A stretch of DNA of 64,000 nt from an uncultured Planctomycetaceae bacterium (lineage in GTDB: Bacteria; Planctomycetota; Planctomycetia; Planctomycetales; Planctomycetaceae), in NCBI GenBank assembly GCA_963976765.1, contig CAXBME010000018.1, positions 62,001 through 126,000 of the forward strand. Reading direction: 5' to 3'. The position numbers and the translations under genes were made by a program. This document shows positions 51,067-62,674 of this stretch, piece after piece (within the stretch, counting starts at the first letter, position 1; each line of letters begins with the position of its first letter). The notes below the pieces were generated by a model that was given only the letters and a program-made list of their open reading frames with translations, did no database searches and had not been told where the DNA came from.

Positions 51067-51510
51067 GTGAAGAAGTCTTTTGCTTTTGCCGCCGCAATTA
51101 TCGCTCTGTCGGGTCTCGCATTCACATTTCTGTCGTCGACGGTGACGGCTCAAAAGAAAGGAAAGTCGCGTCCCATGACAACTGCTCAGTTGATGTCAGG
51201 ACTGGTCAAGCCGCACCTGGTCGCCGTTCAGGGACATGTTGCTGAAGAAAAGACTCCCGAAGGTGAAGACAGCTGGAAAACTCTGACCACAAGCATCGCT
51301 CTGCTCAACGAGTCCAGCTACACAATGATGGAAGATGACCGCTGCCCGGACAAAGTCTGGGCAGACGCCTGCGAAATTCTTCGTAAGGCGACTGAGTCCG
51401 GGCTGAAGAGTGCAGCAAAACAGGACGCCGCCGGAGTTCGAGCGTCAATCGAAGGCATCACCGCTTCCTGCAAAGCCTGCCACACCGAGCACAAATACAA
51501 GAAGCAATAG
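51067..51510 (+). CDS. Exported cytochrome c (class II / c'-like)
   Basis: AGGAG RBS, GTG start, signal peptide, C-terminal CKACH. Confidence 0.8.
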   Translation: MKKSFAFAAAIIALSGLAFTFLSSTVTAQKKGKSRPMTTAQLMSGLVKPHLVAVQGHVAEEKTPEGEDSWKTLTTSIALLNESSYTMMEDDRCPDKVWADACEILRKATESGLKSAAKQDAAGVRASIEGITASCKACHTEHKYKKQ

Positions 51511-51605
51511 TATCAGTGATTTAGAAAGTTCCACGTTCAAAGTTCCGTGGCGTCGGTTGTTGCATCCGCTGGCTGACGCCCGTTTTTCATTTAAGGGTTT
51601 CTGAC

Positions 51606-52994
<1,389 letters not shown>

Positions 52995-53364
52995 TCGTTT
53001 TGAGCAAACGCTGCCGGGAATTCGGTTTCGACAAGGGCCGTTTCCCGGTAGCAGACTTCGCAGGTTCAAGCTGAACTTAATGGTCGCCTGCCGGATTCGC
53101 GATATCGTTGCTGAACTTTGTTCCAAAATCCATGTTTGTCTGGCATCTCACAAACTGTTGCCTCACGAACGCTGATAATCTAAAGACGGTCTGCTGTTCT
53201 GGCTATGGGTTTTTAATTCCTCAAACAGAGTGTCAGCAGGACATCACTGTGTTTGACGAATTACGTTCTCCAGCACACTTCGCGTTACAGCTCTCAAGCG
53301 AGCTACCAGTTCTGATCACGAGATCGCAGCTGGAAACGGCTTGTCTCTGAACGAGGCCCCGGCG

Positions 53365-53826
53365 ATGACTGACAACAAATATCCAATCAAAGACAACAGT
53401 CCCGGCGATTCTGGCTGGGCCGAATGTCCGACCGGAGAGATTTCGGGAATGGTCAATCGCCTGTCCCGTCAGCGGAAACTCGCAGCCTCTGCGAAGATTT
53501 CAGCTGTCGCGGCCACGCTGCTGGTCGGAGCAGGACTCTGGCAAACGCTACCCGTCACCAGTCAACAGACGGAAACTCGTGATGGCGAATACCAGTTTGG
53601 CTCGATCTGCTGCTCTGAAGTCGGCCAGTACGCCGCAGCATTCAACAAGGGCGAACTGGACGATGCGAGAACAGCTCAAATCCGTCAACACATCGCCGAG
53701 TGCCCGCATTGCAGACCTCAATTCGAAAGAGCCACCAATCAACCGCAGACATTGCTCGATACCGAGCAGGATCGCATTGGCACGGCATCCCTGGCACATT
53801 CCGGCCTGCTGATCGCGACTCGCTGA
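53365..53826 (+). CDS. Membrane protein with zf-HC2-like (HxxxCxxC) motif
   Basis: Hydrophobic ISAVAATLLVGAGLW segment followed by CCSEV...GELD...HIAECPHC. Confidence 0.65.
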   Translation: MTDNKYPIKDNSPGDSGWAECPTGEISGMVNRLSRQRKLAASAKISAVAATLLVGAGLWQTLPVTSQQTETRDGEYQFGSICCSEVGQYAAAFNKGELDDARTAQIRQHIAECPHCRPQFERATNQPQTLLDTEQDRIGTASLAHSGLLIATR

Positions 53827-53854
53827 GGAAGGTTTTCAGAACGACTTCCTTTTT
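53826..53854 (+). terminator. Possible intrinsic terminator
   Basis: AGGAAG...CTTCCT stem followed by TTTT right after the stop codon. Confidence 0.4.
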
Positions 53855-54221
53855 CAGGATGATGGCTGCTTAGCACTCTTGCATGAGATTTCGAAATTTC
53901 AATCCTTGATTCGTGTGGGACGCATTCCTAATGCTTCCCGGCCCGACCAGGCAGTCAAATGCGTGAACTCAGGCAAAACACGATCTTGATCTCTGGAAGA
54001 CGCACTCTCTGATGTAGCCCGCTCCGGTTCATGAGCCGCATTTCACCTCAGAAACAGCAAAACTGATACTCCTACAGGCGAATTGCGTGCCGCAACGCTT
54101 GATTTCAGAAGCGACCTGGCTCAATTCGAAGATGTGTCCAATAATGCTCGTGGCGATCGATTTTCGACGATCAATAAGTCCGTCGATTGCCGATGAATGC
54201 AGCACTGACACGAAGCGAAAA

Positions 54222-54359
54222 TCAAATCTCTCTTCCTGAAATCCGACGGAGGTTCCAAACCCAATCGACTGGCTCGGACGACCAACGGTGAGTGCCTGGC
54301 ACTACCGCGTTCCGCCATTCTTCAAGCGACTCTGCCGTCGCATTCGTCGAGAGATTTGA
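54222..54359 (+). ncRNA. Candidate structured ncRNA, 6S RNA-like
   Basis: Nested stems TCAAATCTCTC/GAGAGATTTGA, CGACGG/CCGTCG, central unpaired bubble, TGGC/GCCA, CGGT/ACCG, AGTGC/GCACT; terminator immediately after. Confidence 0.55.
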
Positions 54360-54362
54360 CAT

Positions 54363-54403
54363 AAGAAAGCCGCGTCTTCTTTGGAAGTCGCGGCTTTCTT
54401 TTT
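54363..54403 (+). terminator. Rho-independent terminator
   Basis: AAGAAAGCCGCG / CGCGGCTTTCTT perfect 12-bp stem with a T-run. Confidence 0.75.
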
Positions 54404-54706
54404 GCAAAGTCCGCCGCGTCCAGACTCGTCAGTGAGCACCTTTGCCGTCGCTCCGCATCTAACATCAAAACCGAGGCACGAATGCTCGTTACAAAGGCGT
54501 TTCCTTCGAACTTTGGACAATAATTCACGGGAATCCTGAATCGGCACAATCGTTGCTGCCGATTTACTTGAAACGGGCATGTCGATCAGTTGGTAGAGGC
54601 CAGTAAGCCACTTCCAAAAACTGACATTCATCCACACTCGAAATCTGCAAGGTCCGATGGAATGGTCACAAACGCAGCGACTCTAAAAGCGGCAGACGGC
54701 GACTCG

Positions 54707-54862
54707 ATGGGACACCTCAGCGGCTGGCATCGTTACCGGCTGGTCAAGCGATGCCAGACGCTCGAAGCCGCTCAGGCCGTGATGAAACAACTAAAGGATC
54801 GAGGGCTGGCGTCGCAGCTCGTGATGGACAATGGCCTTTCGGTCGTCACGCAACGAAACTGA
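54707..54862 (+). CDS. Possible small hypothetical protein (51 aa)
   Basis: MGHLSGWHRYRLVKRCQTLEAAQAVMKQLKDRGL...; amphipathic pattern; no clear RBS. Confidence 0.35.
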   Translation: MGHLSGWHRYRLVKRCQTLEAAQAVMKQLKDRGLASQLVMDNGLSVVTQRN

Positions 54863-54958
54863 CGCTGCGTCAGGACTCGCAATTTTCGTCAGTTGAGTTT
54901 GCACGCTGGTTTCGCGACACAGCAGCCAGCGTGCACCTGAAATTTCTGGAGCTTTGAG

Positions 54959-56362
54959 GTGGGAGAAATCGAAGAGTCGCGGTACGACCTTGTCGTCATT
55001 GGGACCGGTCCGGGCGGCGAAGGAGCCGCGATGGAAGCCACCAAACAGGGACAACACGTCGCCGTTGTCGAGCGGCAGTCTCTGATTGGCGGTAACTGCA
55101 CGCACCTCGGCACGATTCCCAGCAAGTCGCTTCGCTCGGCGATTTCAAGACTGACCGAAGTCAACGCGAACCGCTACTTTCGTGAGGCCGGAGTTTCGAT
55201 CCATCTCGGCTTTCGAGACCTGAGGCGTGGTGCCGCATCGGTCATCGAGAAACAGGTCGGGATGCGCCGCGGTTTTTACGACCGAAACGACGTTGACGTT
55301 TATCACGGACAGGCTTCGTTCCGCGATCACGAATCCGTCATCGTCGAGCTTCCCGATGGTCGAGAGCAAGTTCTGTCGGCAAAATCTTTCATCATTGCGA
55401 CCGGTTCCCGACCGTACCGACCGGCTGAAATTGACTTCAGTCATCCCCGCATTTTCGACAGCGATACGATCCTCAACCTGGAAGAAACGCCTCGGTCGTT
55501 GACCATCTACGGAGCCGGAGTCATCGGTTGTGAATACGCGACGATGTTCCGCAACCTCGACGTCAAACTGAATCTTGTCAACACCCGGGACAAGCTGCTT
55601 GAGTTTCTCGACGATGAAATTATCGACGCACTCAGCTACCGCATGCGCGATACGGGCATCCGACTGCGGCACAGCGAATCGTTTGAAAAAGTTGAACCAC
55701 GCGAAGACTGCGTCATCCTGCATCTGGAATCGGGAAAACAGTTGAAGTCAGACGCGCTGCTCTGGGCAAATGGTCGTTCGGGAAACACCGAGTCGCTTCG
55801 CCTTGAGAACATCGGCCTGGAAGCCGACCACCGTGGCCAGATTCCAGTGAATGCCAACTTTCAAACGGCCACTCAACACGTCTACGCAGTGGGAGACGTC
55901 ATTGGACCGCCAGCCCTCGCCAGCGCCGCCTACATTCAGGGACGATTTGCCGCGCGACACCTGGGCAACAGCGAGTGCGAAGATTTCCGCATGTCGGACA
56001 TCCCGACCGGCATCTACACCAGCCCGGAAATCAGCTCCCTGGGTAAAACCGAAAAGGAACTGACCGAAGCTCGCGTGCCGTACGAGGTCGGGCATTCGAT
56101 GTTCAAGAACCTCGCGCGAGCCCAGATCGTTGGCAAGCCGGTCGGCATGCTGAAGCTGCTCTTTCACCGAGAGACGCTGGAAATACTCGGAATCCACTGC
56201 TTCGGCACGAGCGCTTCTGAAATCATCCATATCGGCCAGGCCATCATGTCGATGCCTCCGCCGCACAACACACTGGAATATTTCACGAACACAACCTTCA
56301 ACTACCCAACGATGGCCGAGGCGTACCGAGTAGCCGCGCTGAACGGCTTCAACCGGCTATAG
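54959..56362 (+). CDS. sthA: Soluble pyridine nucleotide transhydrogenase
   Basis: [71 protein letters not shown]. Confidence 0.95.
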   Translation: MGEIEESRYDLVVIGTGPGGEGAAMEATKQGQHVAVVERQSLIGGNCTHLGTIPSKSLRSAISRLTEVNANRYFREAGVSIHLGFRDLRRGAASVIEKQVGMRRGFYDRNDVDVYHGQASFRDHESVIVELPDGREQVLSAKSFIIATGSRPYRPAEIDFSHPRIFDSDTILNLEETPRSLTIYGAGVIGCEYATMFRNLDVKLNLVNTRDKLLEFLDDEIIDALSYRMRDTGIRLRHSESFEKVEPREDCVILHLESGKQLKSDALLWANGRSGNTESLRLENIGLEADHRGQIPVNANFQTATQHVYAVGDVIGPPALASAAYIQGRFAARHLGNSECEDFRMSDIPTGIYTSPEISSLGKTEKELTEARVPYEVGHSMFKNLARAQIVGKPVGMLKLLFHRETLEILGIHCFGTSASEIIHIGQAIMSMPPPHNTLEYFTNTTFNYPTMAEAYRVAALNGFNRL

Positions 56363-56379
56363 TTTGTAGTTCCGTCAGC

Positions 56380-57816
56380 TCAACCGAAGAGTTCCATCAA
56401 CGGCGTGCCGCCATCAATAACGTGCGTCGGACGGCCTTGTGGATCGGGAACCCGCAGTTCTGGATCAATGCCAAGCGCGTGGTAGATCGTCGCGGCGAGA
56501 TCTTCTGGACTGACCGGCGGGGTGACCGCGTAAGCTGCATCGCGGTCGGTTTTGCCATAAAGGCCGCCGCGTTTAATTCCGGCTCCGGCAAGGATGGCGG
56601 GAAACAGCGTGCTCCAGTGATCGCGGCCCCAGTTTGAATTGGCCTTGGGCGTTCGCCCCATCTCTCCCATGCAGACGACGAGTGTTTCGTCGAGTAGCCC
56701 TCGATCATCCAGATCGGTCAGCAGCGCAGACAATGCAGAGTCCATCGTCGGCAACAGGTTCTTTTTCACATCGTCGCTGTTGCGATGAGAATCCCACGAA
56801 TAACCATCCACGCAATCGTAATGGACCGTGACAAATCGTGAGCCGGCCTCAATCAGACGTCGAGCCATCAGCGTCGACTGCCCAAACAGGTGCCGACCGT
56901 AAGTGTCACGAAGCTTCGCCGGTTCGCGGCTGAGGTCCAGCGCCTCGCGAGTTCGCTGAGAAGAAACCAGCGACAACGCTCTCTGTTGAAACTGGCCGTA
57001 AGCCTGCATCGATCGAGCGGGAATCCTGTTAACACTCGCGTCAAACTGGTCGAGCAGCGAACTTCGACGACTCATTCGATCCAGCGTCAACGCTTCGTGG
57101 CCGACGAGACCTTCGATCTGAAAACTGAGTTCCTCGTCGGTACAGTCTCGCCAGTACGGATTGTCGCTGCTGTCCCGCTTTTCGATTCGAGTGTTGACCG
57201 GGTCGAATCCTCGACCAAGCCAGCCGCCGGTCTCACCTGGTCTACGAAGCTGAACGCGGTATTCCTGAAGACGTCCAAGAAAATTCGGCACGACAACGTA
57301 GCTGGGCATGTCTTTCGCCAGCTCTGCGCGACGCTGTGTCAGATACTCAACGACCGATCCGATCGATGGCCAGTCTTTGGGTGTAACATTGAACCCGCCG
57401 CCAATCGGCACCTGCCAGCGATGCCCGGTTTGAATGTAATGGCCGCCGCCACTGTGATCGTTGAAGTCGTGACTCATCGTCCGCACGACGGTCAGTTTAT
57501 CCGTAACCTGGGCCGTTTTCGGCAGGTGCTCAGAAATCAACAACCCCGGAGTTCGACAGGCGATCGGCTTGAACGGTCCGCGAATGGCATCCGTCGCTTC
57601 CGGCTTCATATCGAACGTCTCGTGTTGAGCCGGCCCTCCGAACAAAAAGAGGAAGATTACATGCTTCGCGCGAGCATTCTGAAACGGTTGCGATGCCTCA
57701 GCCGCAAGCACCTGCGGCAGGTTCAGCCCGAGCAATCCCGCGCCGCCCGCCTGAAGAAGGTGACGCCGCGAAACACCGTCGCAAGTAAGTTGCCGTCGTC
57801 TCAGAATCCCCAGCAT
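56380..57816 (-). CDS. DUF1501 domain protein
   Basis: SRRHLLQ, FLFGGPAQHETFDMKP, ARRLIEAGSRFV, WDSH, GEMGRTP, GRDHW, ATIYHALGIDP. Confidence 0.92.
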   Translation of the reverse strand: MLGILRRRQLTCDGVSRRHLLQAGGAGLLGLNLPQVLAAEASQPFQNARAKHVIFLFLFGGPAQHETFDMKPEATDAIRGPFKPIACRTPGLLISEHLPKTAQVTDKLTVVRTMSHDFNDHSGGGHYIQTGHRWQVPIGGGFNVTPKDWPSIGSVVEYLTQRRAELAKDMPSYVVVPNFLGRLQEYRVQLRRPGETGGWLGRGFDPVNTRIEKRDSSDNPYWRDCTDEELSFQIEGLVGHEALTLDRMSRRSSLLDQFDASVNRIPARSMQAYGQFQQRALSLVSSQRTREALDLSREPAKLRDTYGRHLFGQSTLMARRLIEAGSRFVTVHYDCVDGYSWDSHRNSDDVKKNLLPTMDSALSALLTDLDDRGLLDETLVVCMGEMGRTPKANSNWGRDHWSTLFPAILAGAGIKRGGLYGKTDRDAAYAVTPPVSPEDLAATIYHALGIDPELRVPDPQGRPTHVIDGGTPLMELFG

Positions 57817-57858
57817 TTCGAACTCCCCGTCGACAATTAGCCTTCGAAGCGGTCGAGA

Positions 57859-59031
57859 CTATCGCTCATTGAAAAAGACAACAAGGTTTTTGGTTTGGCG
57901 GGCGGCGGCGACGATGTCGACCTTTCCGTCGCCGTTCAGGTCAGCGACTTTGATATCCTCGACAGCGATCTCTTCGGATGAGAGTCGGTCTTCCCGCCAC
58001 TCTCTCGCGTCTTTGTCGAGCGGCGTGAAAAGTTTGATGCCGGGCACGCCAGGGTCGTTCATCGCTCGCCAGCCAACGACGATCTGGTCGGAGCCGACTC
58101 CGAGGAAATCTGCGCAGGCCAGCGCGTGGCCGTCTTTGAGCTTGTCGTCGAGAACTTTAACTGATGGCCAGAGTTCGCCTTTGTTAGCCGGCTCTGAGTA
58201 GACGGCACACACCGATCCGTGTTTGGGCTCGACCGTCGCGATGAAGCGCTTTCCGTTCGGCAGTCTTCCGTCGCGAATTTCCCCAGCAAAGTCTTTCGTC
58301 AGCTGAGTAGCCGCCCAGTCGTCTTTCTGCCGGTCGAAGTGCCACACGCCTTCTTTGCCGGCGATGATCAATTCTTCCTCTGGATCATCGTCCCAGTTGA
58401 CCGGGTGAAAGTTGTGCGAAAGATGGAGAAAGTCACAAACGACGGCGAACTTCCATTCGTCCTTCGGATTTGGCGGCGCGAAGTATTCCAGTACGCGAAG
58501 TCCAGCTCCATCACCATCCACACTGCCTCGACCACGCAGCGGCTTCACGGTGAGGTGATACTTATTCTCGCGGCCCCTGACCCAGTGCATACGGTGAGTG
58601 CTCGGCTCGTTATGCAGCCGGACTGGCGTCCAGAGTTGTGTGCGGTCTTCCGGCGGGATGAGATAAAAGACCGCTCCATCTTTGACACTCTCGCGATAAT
58701 TCCACTGCCCGCCGACAGCGATCTCGCACTTGCCATCGCCGTCGATGTCTCGCGCCGTGATGCAGACGTTGTCCCGTTCGGTCAGATTTTCTGCGATGAT
58801 GTGTTTTGTCCAGCTCGGGTTTTCATACCACTGAAACGTCTTCTGATCCGCCAGCACGATGTCCGTCTTTCCGTCGCCGTTGACATCCGTCAGTTGGACG
58901 CCGTATCCGATTTTGATTTCGTCGATTTCAACGGCTCGCCATTTACCAGCAGGAACCTCGGCTTTCAGTTCATCAATGGACAACGACGCGAGGCTGACCA
59001 GCAGCAGCAGAGAAAACGATGCTTTGAACAT
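57859..59031 (-). CDS. FG-GAP/VCBS repeat beta-propeller protein (aldos-2-ulose dehydratase-like)
   Basis: Signal peptide; DVNGDGKTDIV, DIDGDGKCEI, DLNGDGKVDIV repeats; His motifs THRMHW, PKHG, GHALACAD. Confidence 0.75.
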   Translation of the reverse strand: MFKASFSLLLLVSLASLSIDELKAEVPAGKWRAVEIDEIKIGYGVQLTDVNGDGKTDIVLADQKTFQWYENPSWTKHIIAENLTERDNVCITARDIDGDGKCEIAVGGQWNYRESVKDGAVFYLIPPEDRTQLWTPVRLHNEPSTHRMHWVRGRENKYHLTVKPLRGRGSVDGDGAGLRVLEYFAPPNPKDEWKFAVVCDFLHLSHNFHPVNWDDDPEEELIIAGKEGVWHFDRQKDDWAATQLTKDFAGEIRDGRLPNGKRFIATVEPKHGSVCAVYSEPANKGELWPSVKVLDDKLKDGHALACADFLGVGSDQIVVGWRAMNDPGVPGIKLFTPLDKDAREWREDRLSSEEIAVEDIKVADLNGDGKVDIVAAARQTKNLVVFFNER

Positions 59032-59451
59032 GTCGAAATACGCTCCGGCGAAAGGTGGCAAACATTGATCGCGAAGCGGACGGTGCCTCTCGAAGAAGCG
59101 TCGAGCCGACAGCCCGAGTCCGTCCGAAACTCCCGGAAACGATAACTGCTCGAACCGCCCGGTAAAGCGGGCGGGCGTTGATTGCGCCGAGGGCTACGCT
59201 GGTTGATTGCAAGGGTTGCTGATTGAGCGATGGATGGTGGTCCAACCTTCGTCACTCAAGTTCACGAAGTCCCCCTCCCAACGATCTTCGGAATGCGCGG
59301 TCATTGGCTGATCGCCAAACCGGACCACCACTGATGTCCTTTTCGATGTTTCCAACTGCGGGAACTCAGATTGTGATTGCTAACTCACATTTCGTCACGT
59401 AAACATTTCAATACTCAACTTCTTACAACTCGAATTCAGGGCTCAACGAAA

Positions 59452-60777
59452 ATGCAGAATCCAGTCATCGTCATTCCCGGAATCACCGCCAGCGAACTTC
59501 GTGACGAATACCAGGTGCAACCGGAAAACGTCTGGTCGGCAGTCATCAACCACGATTACGAACGCATCACTCTTCACCCGGACGACGTTCGCTATGAACG
59601 CAACGAGCCCGCTCGCATCCGGGCAAATGCCGTTTTCGATTTGCCCTATGGAGAATTGATCGCAGAACTGCGTCACAACCTCACTGACAAAGCCGACAAA
59701 CCGGTGCCGGTCTATCCCTTTCCGTACGACTGGCGACTCCCACTGAGTCAGACCGTCGAACAGCTTCATGCATTCGTTGAAGAAGTAATCGATCGTACGA
59801 AACTGATGCGCCATTACGACCGCGACGACTACGGGAACAGTCCACACGTCGACCTTGTTGGGCACTCGATGGGAGGACTGCTCATCGGCGGGTACCTGGT
59901 TGCTCACGGAAAGTCGAAACGCATTGGAAAGATCGCGACACTCGGAACGCCGTTCGGTGGTTCCTATGAAGCTCCGATTAAGGTTCTCACAGGAACGGCA
60001 AGCCTGGGTATGACTGAGTCCGGCAGCCGAGAACGCGAAGCTTCCCGTATCACTCCGGCCCTTTACCACCTGGTCCCACGATTTCAGGTACAGCTGAAGG
60101 CAGGTGTCCAGGACGCCGTCGTCGATCAGAACGGGGCAGGCGTGGACATGTTTCAGTCATCAAGCTGGCAGAAGGGTGTGATGGAGAGTCTTGCTGAATT
60201 CATTCGAATGTATGCCGTGAATCCTCCGAAAAACCTGAAGGACCGAATGACCAGGGCAGAAGCGTTGCTGCAGCAGATGCTCGACGATGCTGATACTTAC
60301 CGGACTGCCCTTGATGGGCTCTCTCTTTCGGCTGCAAGTAACGGCTTGCAGAAGTCGTCCTGGTTGCGCATCGCTGGCGTGGATGCGGACACAAGAATAC
60401 GTCTTGAATTGAAAAGCGGTCGATTCAGTCTGAGCAGTGCCGATCGTGTCAATCGCTGGACCGATCCCGATGACCGAATTCTGACGGGTGACGGAACCGT
60501 TCCGCTGGCAGGGGCCGTACCAGAATTCCTGAAGCCAAACAACGTTGTCTGCGTCCGCCCTGATGACCTCGGATACTGGGAGATCGGTGACCGCGCCATG
60601 CTTGGGGCTGTGGGTTTCCACGGACTGCTACCGAAAGTGAATCTTGTCCAGCGACTGGTCACCGCCCATCTTCGTGGTAAGTCCGGGCGTAACGACAAGA
60701 ACATCTGGGGACAGCCGATGCCCGGTGTGAGCAAAGGCTCCTGGTCGCCAGCAATCCAGGAATTGCAGATCAAATAA
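59452..60777 (+). CDS. Alpha/beta hydrolase, LCAT/lipase-like
   Basis: VIVIPGITAS, FPYDWR, GHSMGG nucleophile elbow, LGTPFGGS, GDGTVP, FHG. Confidence 0.85.
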   Translation: MQNPVIVIPGITASELRDEYQVQPENVWSAVINHDYERITLHPDDVRYERNEPARIRANAVFDLPYGELIAELRHNLTDKADKPVPVYPFPYDWRLPLSQTVEQLHAFVEEVIDRTKLMRHYDRDDYGNSPHVDLVGHSMGGLLIGGYLVAHGKSKRIGKIATLGTPFGGSYEAPIKVLTGTASLGMTESGSREREASRITPALYHLVPRFQVQLKAGVQDAVVDQNGAGVDMFQSSSWQKGVMESLAEFIRMYAVNPPKNLKDRMTRAEALLQQMLDDADTYRTALDGLSLSAASNGLQKSSWLRIAGVDADTRIRLELKSGRFSLSSADRVNRWTDPDDRILTGDGTVPLAGAVPEFLKPNNVVCVRPDDLGYWEIGDRAMLGAVGFHGLLPKVNLVQRLVTAHLRGKSGRNDKNIWGQPMPGVSKGSWSPAIQELQIK

Positions 60778-60978
60778 CATCCTTGTCGGCGCCAGACACC
60801 GCAAGTTGAACGCGCCACCTGATCGTGAGTGTTCACGACCTCGCACCCGGCAGGCAAACCATGAACGTTGTCGATGCGACGCCCCGGAAACCGGCCATGG
60901 CCCGGCCCCGACAATACACGGCAGAAATCACACAGTTCGAATGGTCACGAAGAGCTGACCGGCAACCGTTCTTTGTGC

Positions 60979-62469
60979 TCATCGCCTGCCGCCGGCGACT
61001 CGGCTGCGACCATTGTCGACAACTTTTTTCAATTCAGCTGTCAGCCGAGCCACGATTTCAGGGTGTTTTTCGTAGAGATTGGTTGTTTCGCTGAGGTCTT
61101 CTGCAAGATTGTAGAGTTGCCCCTGCGGATCATTCGGACCTGGTTTGATTCGGTTTGGTTTTGAGAAGCCGCCTGACCCGAGCCCGGTGATCAGCTTCCA
61201 GTCTCCCGAGCGGAAGGTCATCAACGCTGCACTGCCCGGCTTCATGGCGATCTGAGTTCGAATGGGCGTCAGGCTGGGGCTGAGCGACTTGCTGATGAGA
61301 GCCGGCAGAAAACTAAAGCTGTCAGGCCCGGCATCGGCAGGTAACTCTGCCCCCAGTACATCGGCAAATGTCGCCATCAAATCCGTAAAGCAAACAAGCT
61401 GCCCGCTTGTCGCACCAGCCTGAACTTGCTTCGGCCATCGAATGATAAACGGCATCCGGTGTCCGGCTTCCCAGGCGTCTGCCTTCATGCCGCGCAACTC
61501 ACCGCCCGAATCGTGACCGAACCGTTCAGCGTCCGTTTCGTACCAGGTCGGACCATTATCCGACGTAAAAATCACCATCGTGTTTTCGTCCATGCCGACT
61601 TTCTGAAGACTGGAGAGCACTCGACCAATCTGAGCGTCGACCATCATCAGGAAGTCACCATACATGCCAGCGCCACTTTTACCGACAAACTCCGGATCAG
61701 GCAGCCACGGCGTATGAGGAGCCGGATACGCCAGATAAAGCATCAATGGATTGCCTACATCTCCCGCGTTGCCGTTTTCAGCGGAGGCGTGTTTTTCGAT
61801 GACCTGCATAGCTTCATCGGTGAATCGAGGCAGCACATCCTTCAACGCGAGATCTGGAGCGATCCCGCCCGCTCGCCAGAACGCTCCCTGAATCGGTGAC
61901 CAGCCTTCACTCGAACTCGCCTCGATCTGATTGGACGGAGGCTGAACAGCACGGTTGCCGCGAATGTAAAAGTACGGAGGGATATCGGTCGAAGCTCGTA
62001 TCCCAAAGTAGCTGTCGAATCCGCGATCAACCGGTCCGCCAGGCAGCGGTTTGTCGTAACCGTCTTCTTTGAAGCCAACGTGCCATTTTCCCACCATCGC
62101 CGTGCGGTACCCCTGCGACTTTGCCAGCGAGGCGATCGTCATCTGCTCTTCTTCGATCAGCGGCTGGCTCCGCCAGAGATTAACGTTGGTGCGAAACGGG
62201 TAACGTCCCGTCAGGAGTCCGTACCGGGACATGTGACAAAGAGGTCCCGGCGCGTGAGCGTCCGTAAACCGCATACCATCCCGAGCCAGCGAGTCGATGT
62301 TCGGCGTCGGAATCTTCGACTTCGGATTGAAGCAGCCTGGATCGCCGTATCCCATATCGTCCACAAGGATCACGACGATGTTTGGTCGCTCAGCGTTGGG
62401 TCGCTCGGCTGCCATCACGCTGCCGCACGCAGCAAACACCCCAGTCAGAAAAAACAGAATTCGCTTCAT
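60979..62469 (-). CDS. Arylsulfatase-family protein with atypical CHMSR motif
   Basis: PNIVVILVDDMGYGD, LCHMSRYGLLTGRYP, GKWH, PHTP, SDNG, EAGHRMP, QLYNL. Confidence 0.88.
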   Translation of the reverse strand: MKRILFFLTGVFAACGSVMAAERPNAERPNIVVILVDDMGYGDPGCFNPKSKIPTPNIDSLARDGMRFTDAHAPGPLCHMSRYGLLTGRYPFRTNVNLWRSQPLIEEEQMTIASLAKSQGYRTAMVGKWHVGFKEDGYDKPLPGGPVDRGFDSYFGIRASTDIPPYFYIRGNRAVQPPSNQIEASSSEGWSPIQGAFWRAGGIAPDLALKDVLPRFTDEAMQVIEKHASAENGNAGDVGNPLMLYLAYPAPHTPWLPDPEFVGKSGAGMYGDFLMMVDAQIGRVLSSLQKVGMDENTMVIFTSDNGPTWYETDAERFGHDSGGELRGMKADAWEAGHRMPFIIRWPKQVQAGATSGQLVCFTDLMATFADVLGAELPADAGPDSFSFLPALISKSLSPSLTPIRTQIAMKPGSAALMTFRSGDWKLITGLGSGGFSKPNRIKPGPNDPQGQLYNLAEDLSETTNLYEKHPEIVARLTAELKKVVDNGRSRVAGGRR

Positions 62470-62674
62470 TAATTCCACCAGCAGACTCGCTTTCGTTCTT
62501 CGGATAACCCATGCGGGAAACAGCGGCCATCAACGGCAGCCCGCCCAATCTCCCTGAGCGCGAAACCTCGTTTCTGCTGGTTCGGCAGCCGCAGGCTCGC
62601 TGACGCCCCGATGGTACCGAATCTGTCCGCGAACGCGACCATCCTGGCGACGCGACAAACCAGAGAAGGTGTAC

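Noticed and set aside
53010..53052. Hairpin GCTGCCGGGAA...TTCCCGGTAGC after the Gfo/Idh/MocA gene as an intrinsic terminator
   Set aside because: The stem is real but has no U-tract; function cannot be assigned
59150..59190. CCGCCCGGTAAAGCGGGCGGGCGTTG as a second attC-like arm
   Set aside because: Only a short hairpin; no inverse core site or cassette gene attached
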